This document shows positions 1 through 8,083 of a stretch of 28,601 nucleotides of DNA, one piece after another. The DNA is taken from IMG/VR virus record IMGVR_UViG_3300033067_000182, positions 1 to 28,601 of that record; one strand, written 5' to 3'. Numbering within the stretch: the first letter of the stretch is position 1; the number at the start of each line of letters is the position of its first letter. Below the pieces are notes generated by a model that was given only the letters and a program-made list of their open reading frames with translations, did not search any database and was not told the origin of the DNA. The stretch comes from a virus (taxonomy: Duplodnaviria; Caudoviricetes). The position numbers were made by a program, and so were the translations under genes.

Positions 1-78
1 CATGACGGTACAGTAATTGATCCCGAAACCTGGACATTAGAACAGCACTACAACTATTTTAAGCATTTGGTGATTTGA
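1..78 (+). CDS. 3' end of a hypothetical protein (partial, starts before the window)
   Basis: Open frame from base 1 (HDGTVIDPETWTLEQHYNYFKHLVI) ending at TGA 76-78, one base before the next ATG at 80. Confidence 0.55.
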   Translation, partial: HDGTVIDPETWTLEQHYNYFKHLVI

Positions 79-79
79 T

Positions 80-514
80 ATGGATGAAGAAGAATTAGTT
101 TTTAAGAGATTCCCTGCGGAAAAGCAGGATCAAGTTCGTGGCCTAGTTAACTATGCTACCCTCATGGGCCTTACTGGTAAGGACTTGGTTTCCATTGGCG
201 GCAAACTTGACCGTATCAAAGTATCTCGGGAGCGTGTCCGGAATAGAGAATTGGTCCAAACAGTGAAGATTGAGCCTATTCACAAAGACTCGTCGTCGAG
301 AATGCTCGAGCGATTCAAAATCAAAACAGCACACGGTGCTTACAACTTTGAGAGCCACTATAACAGCTGGAAGATTACTAGCTTAAAAACCAAAGTGACT
401 AAGACTCATACCCCGGATTGGCACGACTTTGGTGTAAGAGCTAGTTGGCAGAAGCGGACTCAACAGTCAATGTTACTGGATATTGCCACAGGGACGTTCC
501 AGCTCAACTTTTGA
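80..514 (+). CDS. hypothetical phage protein, 144 aa
   Basis: ATG ORF followed by a strong intrinsic terminator; no recognisable motif. Confidence 0.75.
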   Translation: MDEEELVFKRFPAEKQDQVRGLVNYATLMGLTGKDLVSIGGKLDRIKVSRERVRNRELVQTVKIEPIHKDSSSRMLERFKIKTAHGAYNFESHYNSWKITSLKTKVTKTHTPDWHDFGVRASWQKRTQQSMLLDIATGTFQLNF

Positions 515-530
515 TTTTGCTACACAGAAC

Positions 531-554
531 AAAAGCCCCTTGCGGGGCTTTTTT
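531..554. terminator. Rho-independent terminator, probably bidirectional
   Basis: AAAAGCCCC-TTGC-GGGGCTTTTTT: perfect GC stem flanked by an A-tract and a T-tract, just after the stop at 514. Confidence 0.9.
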
Positions 555-557
555 CAT

Positions 558-565
558 TATAAATA
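558..565 (+). promoter_or_regulatory. T4-type late promoter consensus TATAAATA
   Basis: Exact TATAAATA in intergenic DNA just after the terminator and upstream of the 641 ORF. Confidence 0.55.
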
Positions 566-590
566 CACTCTACGCAGTTTATCGAAAAAG

Positions 591-620
591 TTGCTATTAC
601 ATAGCACGTTACTATACAAT
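591..620 (+). promoter_or_regulatory. sigma70-like promoter (TTGCTA-N18-TACAAT)
   Basis: -35 at 591-596, -10 at 615-620; SD AAGGAG at 630-635 before ATG 641. Confidence 0.5.
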
Positions 621-640
621 TTAATTTTTAAGGAGACTCT

Positions 641-907
641 ATGTCAGATTACAATCGTTCATTCAATGGCGATGCTAAGATTAAACTCACGCAGTTGATC
701 AATGAAGGTATGCAGGTGCTGCACGAAGTTGACACGCTCAACGAAGGCCTAAATGACACCATTAAGGCTATTGCAGAAGAGTTAGAAATTAAGCCCGCCA
801 TTCTTAAGAAGGCAGTTAAGATTGCGCACAAGGCCAAACTTGGTGAAACAAACCGAGACCATGACGAGTTGAATACTATTCTCGAAACAGTTGGCAAAAC
901 CCTGTGA
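641..907 (+). CDS. small dsDNA-binding protein, T4 DsbA / GapR-like helical family
   Basis: 88 aa, all-helical pattern 'IKAIAEELEIKPAILKKAVKIAHK' resembling T4 DsbA/GapR; strong SD; upstream of the DNA polymerase. Confidence 0.6.
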   Translation: MSDYNRSFNGDAKIKLTQLINEGMQVLHEVDTLNEGLNDTIKAIAEELEIKPAILKKAVKIAHKAKLGETNRDHDELNTILETVGKTL

Positions 908-1200
908 ACTTGCTTAATATCATCGCAGATATTTGGTCTTGGATCAAAGCCGACTATAAAGAATGGCCGTTACGATTTTGTTTAGAAGTAGCAGCCTGGG
1001 CCGCTAGCATTGCGTGTTCAATTACCATGATGCTAACTGTCCCCACGCCACCGTTCTTGATTCTGTATCCATTGTTTATTGCCCAATGTGCTATTTTTGG
1101 TTGGGCTGCATGGACAAGAAAGAGCTTCGGAATGATTGGCAACTATGCGCTACTGGTAAGTATTGATAGTGTTGCATTGTTTAGGTTAGTCACAATGTAA
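904..1200 (+). CDS. small membrane protein, about 3 predicted TM helices
   Basis: 98 aa with hydrophobic stretches; GTGA overlap with the upstream stop. Confidence 0.7.
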   Translation: MNLLNIIADIWSWIKADYKEWPLRFCLEVAAWAASIACSITMMLTVPTPPFLILYPLFIAQCAIFGWAAWTRKSFGMIGNYALLVSIDSVALFRLVTM

Positions 1201-1208
1201 CAGGTCTC

Positions 1209-1259
1209 GCCCACCAAACGGGCATGTAGAGTAAGTGTAAGCTCTAAGTTACACAGGAG
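1209..1259 (+). promoter_or_regulatory. structured leader (hairpin plus competing stems or pseudoknot) adjoining the SD of the polymerase unit
   Basis: GCCC/GGGC hairpin 1209-1223; TAGAGT 1227-1232 pairs with GCTCTA 1241-1246; GTGTAA 1235-1240 pairs with TTACAC 1249-1254; SD AGGAG 1255-1259. Confidence 0.4.
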
Positions 1260-1267
1260 TATATTTT

Positions 1268-1414
1268 ATGAGTAATCGAGTTTGGTTCGAAGAACCAGGT
1301 GAGCCCCTTGCGCCATGCAATGATTGCGTTGATCCCAACGCATGTGGCAACGAATGCGTTATTGAACAACGCAAGCGAGAAGATGTAGCAACGATTCGAG
1401 GTGAAAACCAATGA
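1268..1414 (+). CDS. 48-aa cysteine-rich microprotein (not in the ORF track)
   Basis: SD AGGAG 1255-1259, ATG 1268; MSNRVWFEEPGEPLAPCNDCVDPNACGNECVIEQRKREDVATIRGENQ; its stop overlaps the polymerase start (ATGA 1411-1414). Confidence 0.7.
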   Translation: MSNRVWFEEPGEPLAPCNDCVDPNACGNECVIEQRKREDVATIRGENQ

Positions 1415-4071
1415 GTTACGTTGATGCATTATACGATCGCAGCAAAGACAAAATTCATGTAGTGGAACGAGTTAAGGGAGAACGAGTCTTCCGTGAGTAC
1501 CCTGCTGATTATGTTTTTTACTACGATGACCCACGCGGTAAGTTCCGCACAATCTATGATAGTCCCGTTAGCCGTTTCAGTACTCGCAACAGCAAGGAAT
1601 ATCACAAAGAGCTAAAGGTACATTCTAACAAGCGTCTGTGGGAAAGTGACATCAACCCTATTTTCCGCTGCCTTGAAAGCAACTACCTAGGAGCAACTTC
1701 TCCTAAACTGCAAACAGCGTTTTTCGACATTGAGGTAGACTTTGACCCCGAGCGTGGTTACAGTAAGCCTGAAGATCCGTTTAACGCTATCACTGCATTC
1801 TCTATCTATTTGGATTGGCTAGACAAACTAATCACATTGGTTGTCCCGCCTAAAACCTACAGTTGGGAAACTGCACAAGAAATCTGCGACCGCTTTGAGA
1901 ACTGCTATTTGTTTGAAAAAGAGTCGGACATGCTAAACACATTTCTTGACTTAATTGAAGATGCAGACATTTTAAGCGGCTGGAACTCGGAAGGTTTCGA
2001 TATTCCCTATACCACAATGCGTATCACTCGCGTACTAAGCAAAGACGACACACGACGACTATGCCTATGGAACCAACTTCCTAAGCAGCGTATGTTTGAA
2101 CGCTTTGGTGCAGAGCAATTGACATTTGACTTGTATGGGCGTGTGCATATGGACTATATGCAACTGTATCGCAAATACACATACGAAGAACGTCACAGCT
2201 ATAGCTTAGACGCAATTGGTGAATACGAACTTGATGAACGCAAGATTGCCTACGAAGGCACTTTGGATCAGCTTTACAACAAAGACTTTCCAAAGTTCAT
2301 TGACTATAACAGACAAGATACTATGCTGTTAGCAAAGCTAGACAAGAAACTGCGGTTCCTTGACCTTGCTAACGAACTTGCTCATGATAATACGGTGTTG
2401 TTACAAACCACAATGGGTGCGGTTGCGGTAACAGAGCAGGCTATCATTAATGAAGCTCACCAACGTGGTATGATTGTTCCAAATAGAAAGGGAAGAGATG
2501 ATCAAGGTGAAACGCAAGCAGCAGGTGCCTATGTTGCTTTCCCCAAAAGGGGTATGCACGACTACATTGGTGCGATCGACCTCAACTCGCTCTATCCCTC
2601 GGCTATTCGTGCGCTCAACATGGGACCAGAAACGATCGTTGGACAACTCAGAACAGGAATGACTGACAAATACATCGCAGACAAAATGGCCGCAGGGTCG
2701 AGTTTTGCTGATGCATGGGAAGGTATGTTTGGTACACTAGAGTATCAAGCTGTTATGAATGGCGAGATCGGAACTGAGATTACTATTGACTGGGAAGACG
2801 GCAACGTGTCAACTCACAGTGCTGCTGATGTGTGGAGAGTTATCTTTGACAGTCGCCAGCCATGGACATTAAGTGCCAATGGTACAATTTTTAAATATGA
2901 CATGAAGGGTATTATTCCCGGATTGCTTGAAAGGTGGTATGCCGAAAGAAAAGATCTCCAAGCGAAAAAGAAAGCCTCAACAACTCCTGAGGACTCAGCG
3001 TTCTGGGACAAGCGCCAGCTCGTTAAAAAGATTAACCTCAATAGCTTATACGGGGCGATCCTTAACCCCGGGTGTAGGTTCTTTGACCAGCGTATTGGTC
3101 AGAGCACAACACTCACTGGCCGGATCATTGCCAAGCACATGGACTCATTCGTTAACGAAGCAATTACGGGCGACTACGATTACGTTGGCAAAAGCATTAT
3201 CTACGGTGACACGGACTCAGTATACTTTAGTGCGTGGCCGATCATCAAAGCGGAAGTAGAAGCCGGTAAGATGGAATGGAACAAGGACATTTGCTTACAG
3301 GTCTACGATAACATTGCAGACCAAGTAAACGAATCGTTCCCAGAATTCATGGAACGTGCATGCCACTGCCCACGTGAGATGGGTGCCATTATTAAAGCAG
3401 GTCGCGAATTAGTTGCAGAGAAAGGCCTATTCATTAAGAAGAAGCGTTATGCTGTGCTGATTTACGATCTCGAAGGCAAGCGTCTTGATGTTGATGGCAA
3501 GCCGGGTAAAGTTAAGGCCATGGGTCTTGACTTGAAGCGAAGCGATACTCCGAAGTTTGTGCAAGATTTCCTGAGTGAAATTCTACTAGACGTACTAACA
3601 GGTGCAGAGCGTGAAGCCATCATTGAGAAAGTGCGCAACTTTAAACTAGAGTTCAAGGAATTGCCTGCTTGGCAAAAGGGCACGCCTAAACGTGTAAACA
3701 ACTTAACCAAGTACACTGCCGCAGAGCTTAAAGAAGGTCGTGCAAATATGCCCGGACACGTTCGTGCTGCTATGAACTGGAACAATCTAAAGCGTATCTA
3801 TCAAGACAACTACAGCACTGCAATTGTTGACGGTATGAAAACAATTGTGTGCAAGTTGCGCGACAATCCTCTAGGATACACCAGTGTTGGTTATCCAACT
3901 GACGTTGCACATATTCCACAGTGGTTTAAAGACTTGCCGTTTGACGATGGCTTGATGGAAACTACCATTGTTGACCAGAAAGTTGAAAACTTGCTAGGTG
4001 TGCTGAATTGGGCGATCGCAGAGTCTACTGACATTAACTCGACATTTGACAGCCTGTTTAGCTTTGAGTAA
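1411..4071 (+). CDS. family B DNA polymerase (T4 gp43-like)
   Basis: ExoI FDIE, ExoII GWNSEGFDIPY, ExoIII YNRQD, motif A DLNSLYPS, motif B KKINLNSLYG, motif C YGDTDS, KKRYA; C-terminal FDSLF clamp-binding-like tail. Confidence 0.97.
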   Translation: MSYVDALYDRSKDKIHVVERVKGERVFREYPADYVFYYDDPRGKFRTIYDSPVSRFSTRNSKEYHKELKVHSNKRLWESDINPIFRCLESNYLGATSPKLQTAFFDIEVDFDPERGYSKPEDPFNAITAFSIYLDWLDKLITLVVPPKTYSWETAQEICDRFENCYLFEKESDMLNTFLDLIEDADILSGWNSEGFDIPYTTMRITRVLSKDDTRRLCLWNQLPKQRMFERFGAEQLTFDLYGRVHMDYMQLYRKYTYEERHSYSLDAIGEYELDERKIAYEGTLDQLYNKDFPKFIDYNRQDTMLLAKLDKKLRFLDLANELAHDNTVLLQTTMGAVAVTEQAIINEAHQRGMIVPNRKGRDDQGETQAAGAYVAFPKRGMHDYIGAIDLNSLYPSAIRALNMGPETIVGQLRTGMTDKYIADKMAAGSSFADAWEGMFGTLEYQAVMNGEIGTEITIDWEDGNVSTHSAADVWRVIFDSRQPWTLSANGTIFKYDMKGIIPGLLERWYAERKDLQAKKKASTTPEDSAFWDKRQLVKKINLNSLYGAILNPGCRFFDQRIGQSTTLTGRIIAKHMDSFVNEAITGDYDYVGKSIIYGDTDSVYFSAWPIIKAEVEAGKMEWNKDICLQVYDNIADQVNESFPEFMERACHCPREMGAIIKAGRELVAEKGLFIKKKRYAVLIYDLEGKRLDVDGKPGKVKAMGLDLKRSDTPKFVQDFLSEILLDVLTGAEREAIIEKVRNFKLEFKELPAWQKGTPKRVNNLTKYTAAELKEGRANMPGHVRAAMNWNNLKRIYQDNYSTAIVDGMKTIVCKLRDNPLGYTSVGYPTDVAHIPQWFKDLPFDDGLMETTIVDQKVENLLGVLNWAIAESTDINSTFDSLFSFE

Positions 4072-4074
4072 ACT

Positions 4075-5010
4075 ATGACAATGAAACTACATGACGTGGT
4101 TGAGTTGCGTCAAGCTCTTGCAGATATTTTGCCTACTAAGGGAATTGAGCAAGAGCTTGACACTATCAACAAGAACATTGATATTGTTAAGGGGCGGTAT
4201 GGTGAGGATTATGCATACCGCTTGGAGCAAGTGCAGAAATCCTTGGACAATGTGCTTGCACAATTACAGGGCCCGCTGTCTCTAGTAGAGGACATTAAGG
4301 CAATGTCTCTGGCTGACTTAACCGATGCAACTGAAAAGTTTCGTTTACCGGGGTACCAGGCAGAGCTTAGATATGCTAGTCCGGATCGTATCAGAGAGGT
4401 TCGTCAATTGTATGTGCCAAATGGCGCTGACGAAATTGTGAGCGGTGCAATTGACCTATACGTTGACTGGAAGTTTCCTGGCTTAGAGCTAGGGTGCAGA
4501 GACGGATACTGGACCAAATACTTAGTTAGTTGCGATCCATTGTATATCGTTGATGAATTTCAAGAATTTATTGACAGCACTAAGCAGCTCTTTCCTAGCG
4601 AATACCAAGCTCGATTACGACCATACGTGATACACAATCATGATCTTTCTGCATTGCCACAAAATCAATTTGGATTTGTGTTTAGTTGGAATTATCTTAA
4701 CTATGTATCACTCCCGAATATTCAAACATACCTTAAGCAGGTGTTTGATTTGCTACGACCCGGTGGTGTGTTTATGTTTAGCTACAACAATGCCGATATG
4801 CCTGCACCAGCAGCATACGCAGATAGCTATTACATGAGTTACGCACCAAAAAGTCAGCTACTACCAATGTGCCTAGAACTTGGTTATGAAGTAGTGAGCA
4901 CCACAGATCTTGAGCCAGCAGTTAGTTGGGTTGAGATCCGTAAACCCGGCAAACTTAAAACGATAAAAGCACATCAAGTTTTAGGTGAAATAAAATATGC
5001 AAACCCTTGA
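4075..5010 (+). CDS. class I SAM-dependent methyltransferase with an N-terminal helical/coiled-coil region
   Basis: Motif I-like GLELGCRDG, 'FGFVFSWNYLNY', 'LLRPGGVFMF' typical of Methyltransf_11/25-type folds. Confidence 0.75.
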   Translation: MTMKLHDVVELRQALADILPTKGIEQELDTINKNIDIVKGRYGEDYAYRLEQVQKSLDNVLAQLQGPLSLVEDIKAMSLADLTDATEKFRLPGYQAELRYASPDRIREVRQLYVPNGADEIVSGAIDLYVDWKFPGLELGCRDGYWTKYLVSCDPLYIVDEFQEFIDSTKQLFPSEYQARLRPYVIHNHDLSALPQNQFGFVFSWNYLNYVSLPNIQTYLKQVFDLLRPGGVFMFSYNNADMPAPAAYADSYYMSYAPKSQLLPMCLELGYEVVSTTDLEPAVSWVEIRKPGKLKTIKAHQVLGEIKYANP

Positions 5011-5035
5011 TATTTTCTAAATAACTCTATATACT
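5007..5035 (+). promoter_or_regulatory. sigma70-like promoter TTGATA-N17-TATACT with CTAAATA in the spacer
   Basis: -35 5007-5012, -10 5030-5035, CTAAATA 5017-5023; SD GGAG before ATG 5066. Confidence 0.6.
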
Positions 5036-5065
5036 TACTAATTAATTACTTTTTGGAGAACCCAC

Positions 5066-5800
5066 ATGCAAGACTATTTAAAAGACATTGTAAAACACAC
5101 TCATGGCCTAGGATTCATTGACCTTGTTAAGATTACTGGCACTGCCACTGAGACTGTGATCAACAGTATTGCTGAAGACCGTAGCGTCATCGTTGAAGCA
5201 AAATGCAAAAACCCTGTGCCGGAATTTGTTGGCACATTTGGTATGCCTAACTTGGGCAAGCTGCACACTATTTTGGGCATTCCCGAATATCGCGAAGGTG
5301 CAAATTTAACCATCAATACACAAGTTAACGCAGCAGGCGAAACTGTTCCTAGCGGCGTGCATTTCGAAAATGCAAATCGTGACTTTAAAAACGATTACCG
5401 TTTCATGACTGCAGAAGTCATTAACGAAAAGCTCAAGGCAGTTAAGTTCAAGGGCGTTCGTTGGGGAGTCGACATTGTTCCTAGCGTTGCGGGCATTCAG
5501 CGAATGAACTTTATGAGCCAAGCAAACAGCGAAGAAACTACCTTCACTGCCAAAACTGAATCCGGTGCATTGAAGTTTTATTTCGGCGACCCAACTAGCC
5601 ACGCAGGCAACTTTGTGTTTGACGCAAGTGTTACTGGTACCTTGACCAAGAGCTGGAGTTGGCCAGTGCAAGCTGTGCTAAAGATCTTGAGCTTGCCCGG
5701 CGACAAGACACTAAAGATCAGCGACGAAGGTGCAGCGATGATCACTGTTGACAGTGGTATTGCTGACTACAGTTACATTATCCCTGCTCAACAAAAATAA
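5066..5800 (+). CDS. DNA polymerase sliding clamp (T4 gp45/PCNA-like)
   Basis: 244 aa, alternating beta/alpha two-domain pattern ending 'AAMITVDSGIADYSYIIPA' like the last strands of gp45/PCNA; near the B-family polymerase. Confidence 0.7.
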   Translation: MQDYLKDIVKHTHGLGFIDLVKITGTATETVINSIAEDRSVIVEAKCKNPVPEFVGTFGMPNLGKLHTILGIPEYREGANLTINTQVNAAGETVPSGVHFENANRDFKNDYRFMTAEVINEKLKAVKFKGVRWGVDIVPSVAGIQRMNFMSQANSEETTFTAKTESGALKFYFGDPTSHAGNFVFDASVTGTLTKSWSWPVQAVLKILSLPGDKTLKISDEGAAMITVDSGIADYSYIIPAQQK

Positions 5801-6441
5801 TGCGTGTTGATCCAGAGCTCGGCAACCTTTGGGCCAGCAAGGGGCACGTACAAGGTGAATGCATGAGTCATTATGACAGTGCATACATGTATGTGCATAT
5901 TCCAAAGAATGCCAGCTCGTGGACTAAACCGAACTTACTAGATTACGGGTGGGAGTTTTACAATTATAAAAGCGACATGCTTGATAAGCATGCGCTGATT
6001 GTATTACGTGATCCAGTCGATCGTTGGTTAAGCGGTATTGCTGAATACTTAACGTTATATCATCCCACCTTTACACTCGATTGTCCTGAATTAATTGAAT
6101 TAGTTTTTGATAGAGTAACTTTTGACGACCACACTGAGCGCCAAGTATACTTTATAGATGGCATCGACACCAGTAATGCAACTTTTTTCTGGTGCGACGA
6201 AAATTATAGATTAAACTTCTCTGATTTTATAACAGAGAATTATGGACATAACAAATACGATCGTTACGATTACCAGCACGTAAGTGAAAATAGTCCCGAG
6301 CGTAAACGATTTAAGCAAGTTTTTAAACAGGCAATTGAGCGTGAACCTAAATACCTCAGTCGTCTCAAAGAATATTTTGAAATAGACTATAGATTAATAG
6401 AGCAAGTACAATTTTATGGCACAAGACAACCTAACAAGTAA
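5800..6441 (+). CDS. sulfotransferase family protein (Sulfotransfer_2-like)
   Basis: 5'-PSB-like motif YVHIPKNASSW and 3'-PB-like motif LRDPVDRWLSG. Confidence 0.75.
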   Translation: MRVDPELGNLWASKGHVQGECMSHYDSAYMYVHIPKNASSWTKPNLLDYGWEFYNYKSDMLDKHALIVLRDPVDRWLSGIAEYLTLYHPTFTLDCPELIELVFDRVTFDDHTERQVYFIDGIDTSNATFFWCDENYRLNFSDFITENYGHNKYDRYDYQHVSENSPERKRFKQVFKQAIEREPKYLSRLKEYFEIDYRLIEQVQFYGTRQPNK

Positions 6442-8083
6442 GCAAAACGATTACGCAGTATTCTTACCGGCTATTAGCGGATTCTATGCAACCTTCGTTG
6501 GTAAACAGCGAAACGAGCAATACGTTGACCCTGCACGTTTCCCGGCAGGTCTCACAGACATGGAGCAGCTCAATTGGCTTAACAGCTCAAAAGGCCTGTT
6601 CCCGTACAAATGGTCTCTTTACTCTGGTGGACATGCAAACTTAGATCTCACTAAGCAGGACTGGAGTGAGGACATGGTTCGTAACCGAGAAGCCGGGACA
6701 TTTATCCTTGGTGACTCAGGTGGATTCCAGATTGCAAAGGGACTGTGGGAAGGCGATTGGCGCGACCCAAACAGCAAAGAAGTGTTGGACAAAATGGCAG
6801 CACTAGTTGCACAAGGCGTAACAGAAACTGTAAACGCCAAGGGCAAGAAGGTAAGAGTTGACCCAGCAGCTGACTATCAAAAGCTATTAGATGCAGCACA
6901 AAAGAAACGTGACGGCGTTCTTAAATGGCTAGACGGTATTGCTGACTACGGCATGATTTTAGATATCCCAACTTGGGTTATTCATGACCAAAAAGCTAGC
7001 GATGCATGCGGCATTAAAACCCTTGACGAAGCAGTGGCAGCTACCAAATACAACAACTTGTATTTTATGGCACACCGCAAAGGTAAGAACAATGGCGGTG
7101 CCAAATTCTTAAACGTGTTACAGGGCGACAATCATACTAGCGCGGATGAATGGTATCGCGAAATGAAAGACTTCTGCGATCCTGCTATCTATCCTACTAC
7201 TCACTTTGACGGGTGGGCAATGGGAGGTCAGAACATGTGCGATGTACACTTGGTGCTGAAGCGACTAGTGGAATTACGTCACGACAACCTACTGCAAGAA
7301 GGCAAACATGATTGGATGCACTTCTTGGGTACCAGCAAACTGGAGTGGGCAGTTCTACTCACAGTTATTCAACGAGCAGTGAGAAAATATGTCAACCCTT
7401 CTTTTACTATTAGTTTTGATTGCGCTAGTCCATTCCTTGCAACGGCGAACGGGCAAGTCTACTTCGAAAACGTCTACGAGCACGACAGCAAATGGAGCTA
7501 CCGAATGGCGCCGAGCGCCGACGACAAAAAGTACGCCACAGACACACGCAAGTGGAGCGACGGAGTAGTACAGGACGGTATCTATCCACGTTGGGAAGAT
7601 AGTCCACTTAGCGATCTATTTAAGATGAAAGACATCTGCATCTACAAACCCGGCGATCTAAACAAGATTGGCAAGGAAGGTGTAACTAGTTGGGACAGCT
7701 TTAGCTATGCTCTGCTAATGGGCCATAATGTGTGGATGCACTTAACAGCAGTGCAAGAGGCTAATAGACGTTTTGATGCAGGTACACATCCTGCAATGAT
7801 GCGCCGTAGTACAGGCGACTATGCCAAGTTCGAAGATATCGTTGATGCAATTTTTGCAACACCTGATAAGCAAACTGCATTAGATATTATTGAGGCATAC
7901 GATACATACTGGATGGAAATTGTTGGTACCCGTGGGTTCAAAGGCAAAAAAGCCAAGAACGCCAACACCATGTTCAACTCATTGTTTGAACATGTTGTAG
8001 AAGACGAAGCCGAGCCAGAATTTGACACAGAATTTGACGAGCATAAATTAGAGGAATTGGAAAATGAACAGACAGGGGCATGA
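6416..8083 (+). CDS. tRNA-guanine-transglycosylase-fold protein, probable DpdA-like DNA 7-deazaguanine transglycosylase
   Basis: TGT motifs in order: GDSGGFQI (catalytic Asp), MILD, VLQG, AMGG, HFLG, SFDCAS (nucleophile Asp), late HN; no CxCxxC zinc motif; clustered with folE/queD/queE and the replisome genes. Confidence 0.8.
   Translation: MAQDNLTSKQNDYAVFLPAISGFYATFVGKQRNEQYVDPARFPAGLTDMEQLNWLNSSKGLFPYKWSLYSGGHANLDLTKQDWSEDMVRNREAGTFILGDSGGFQIAKGLWEGDWRDPNSKEVLDKMAALVAQGVTETVNAKGKKVRVDPAADYQKLLDAAQKKRDGVLKWLDGIADYGMILDIPTWVIHDQKASDACGIKTLDEAVAATKYNNLYFMAHRKGKNNGGAKFLNVLQGDNHTSADEWYREMKDFCDPAIYPTTHFDGWAMGGQNMCDVHLVLKRLVELRHDNLLQEGKHDWMHFLGTSKLEWAVLLTVIQRAVRKYVNPSFTISFDCASPFLATANGQVYFENVYEHDSKWSYRMAPSADDKKYATDTRKWSDGVVQDGIYPRWEDSPLSDLFKMKDICIYKPGDLNKIGKEGVTSWDSFSYALLMGHNVWMHLTAVQEANRRFDAGTHPAMMRRSTGDYAKFEDIVDAIFATPDKQTALDIIEAYDTYWMEIVGTRGFKGKKAKNANTMFNSLFEHVVEDEAEPEFDTEFDEHKLEELENEQTGA

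Noticed and set aside
483-698. 71-aa plus-strand ORF bridging the first intergenic region
   Set aside because: It runs through the terminator and promoter elements and overlaps two better ORFs.
1411-4071. Possible intein, intron or split in the DNA polymerase
   Set aside because: The ORF is continuous at a normal 886 aa with all motifs in order; no intein splice motifs or homing endonuclease seen.
6416-8083. Annotation as an ordinary tRNA-guanine transglycosylase (tgt)
   Set aside because: It lacks the TGT N-terminal TPxFMPVGT and CxCxxC zinc motifs, is much longer, and sits among replisome genes with no queA/queF, so no gene symbol was assigned.
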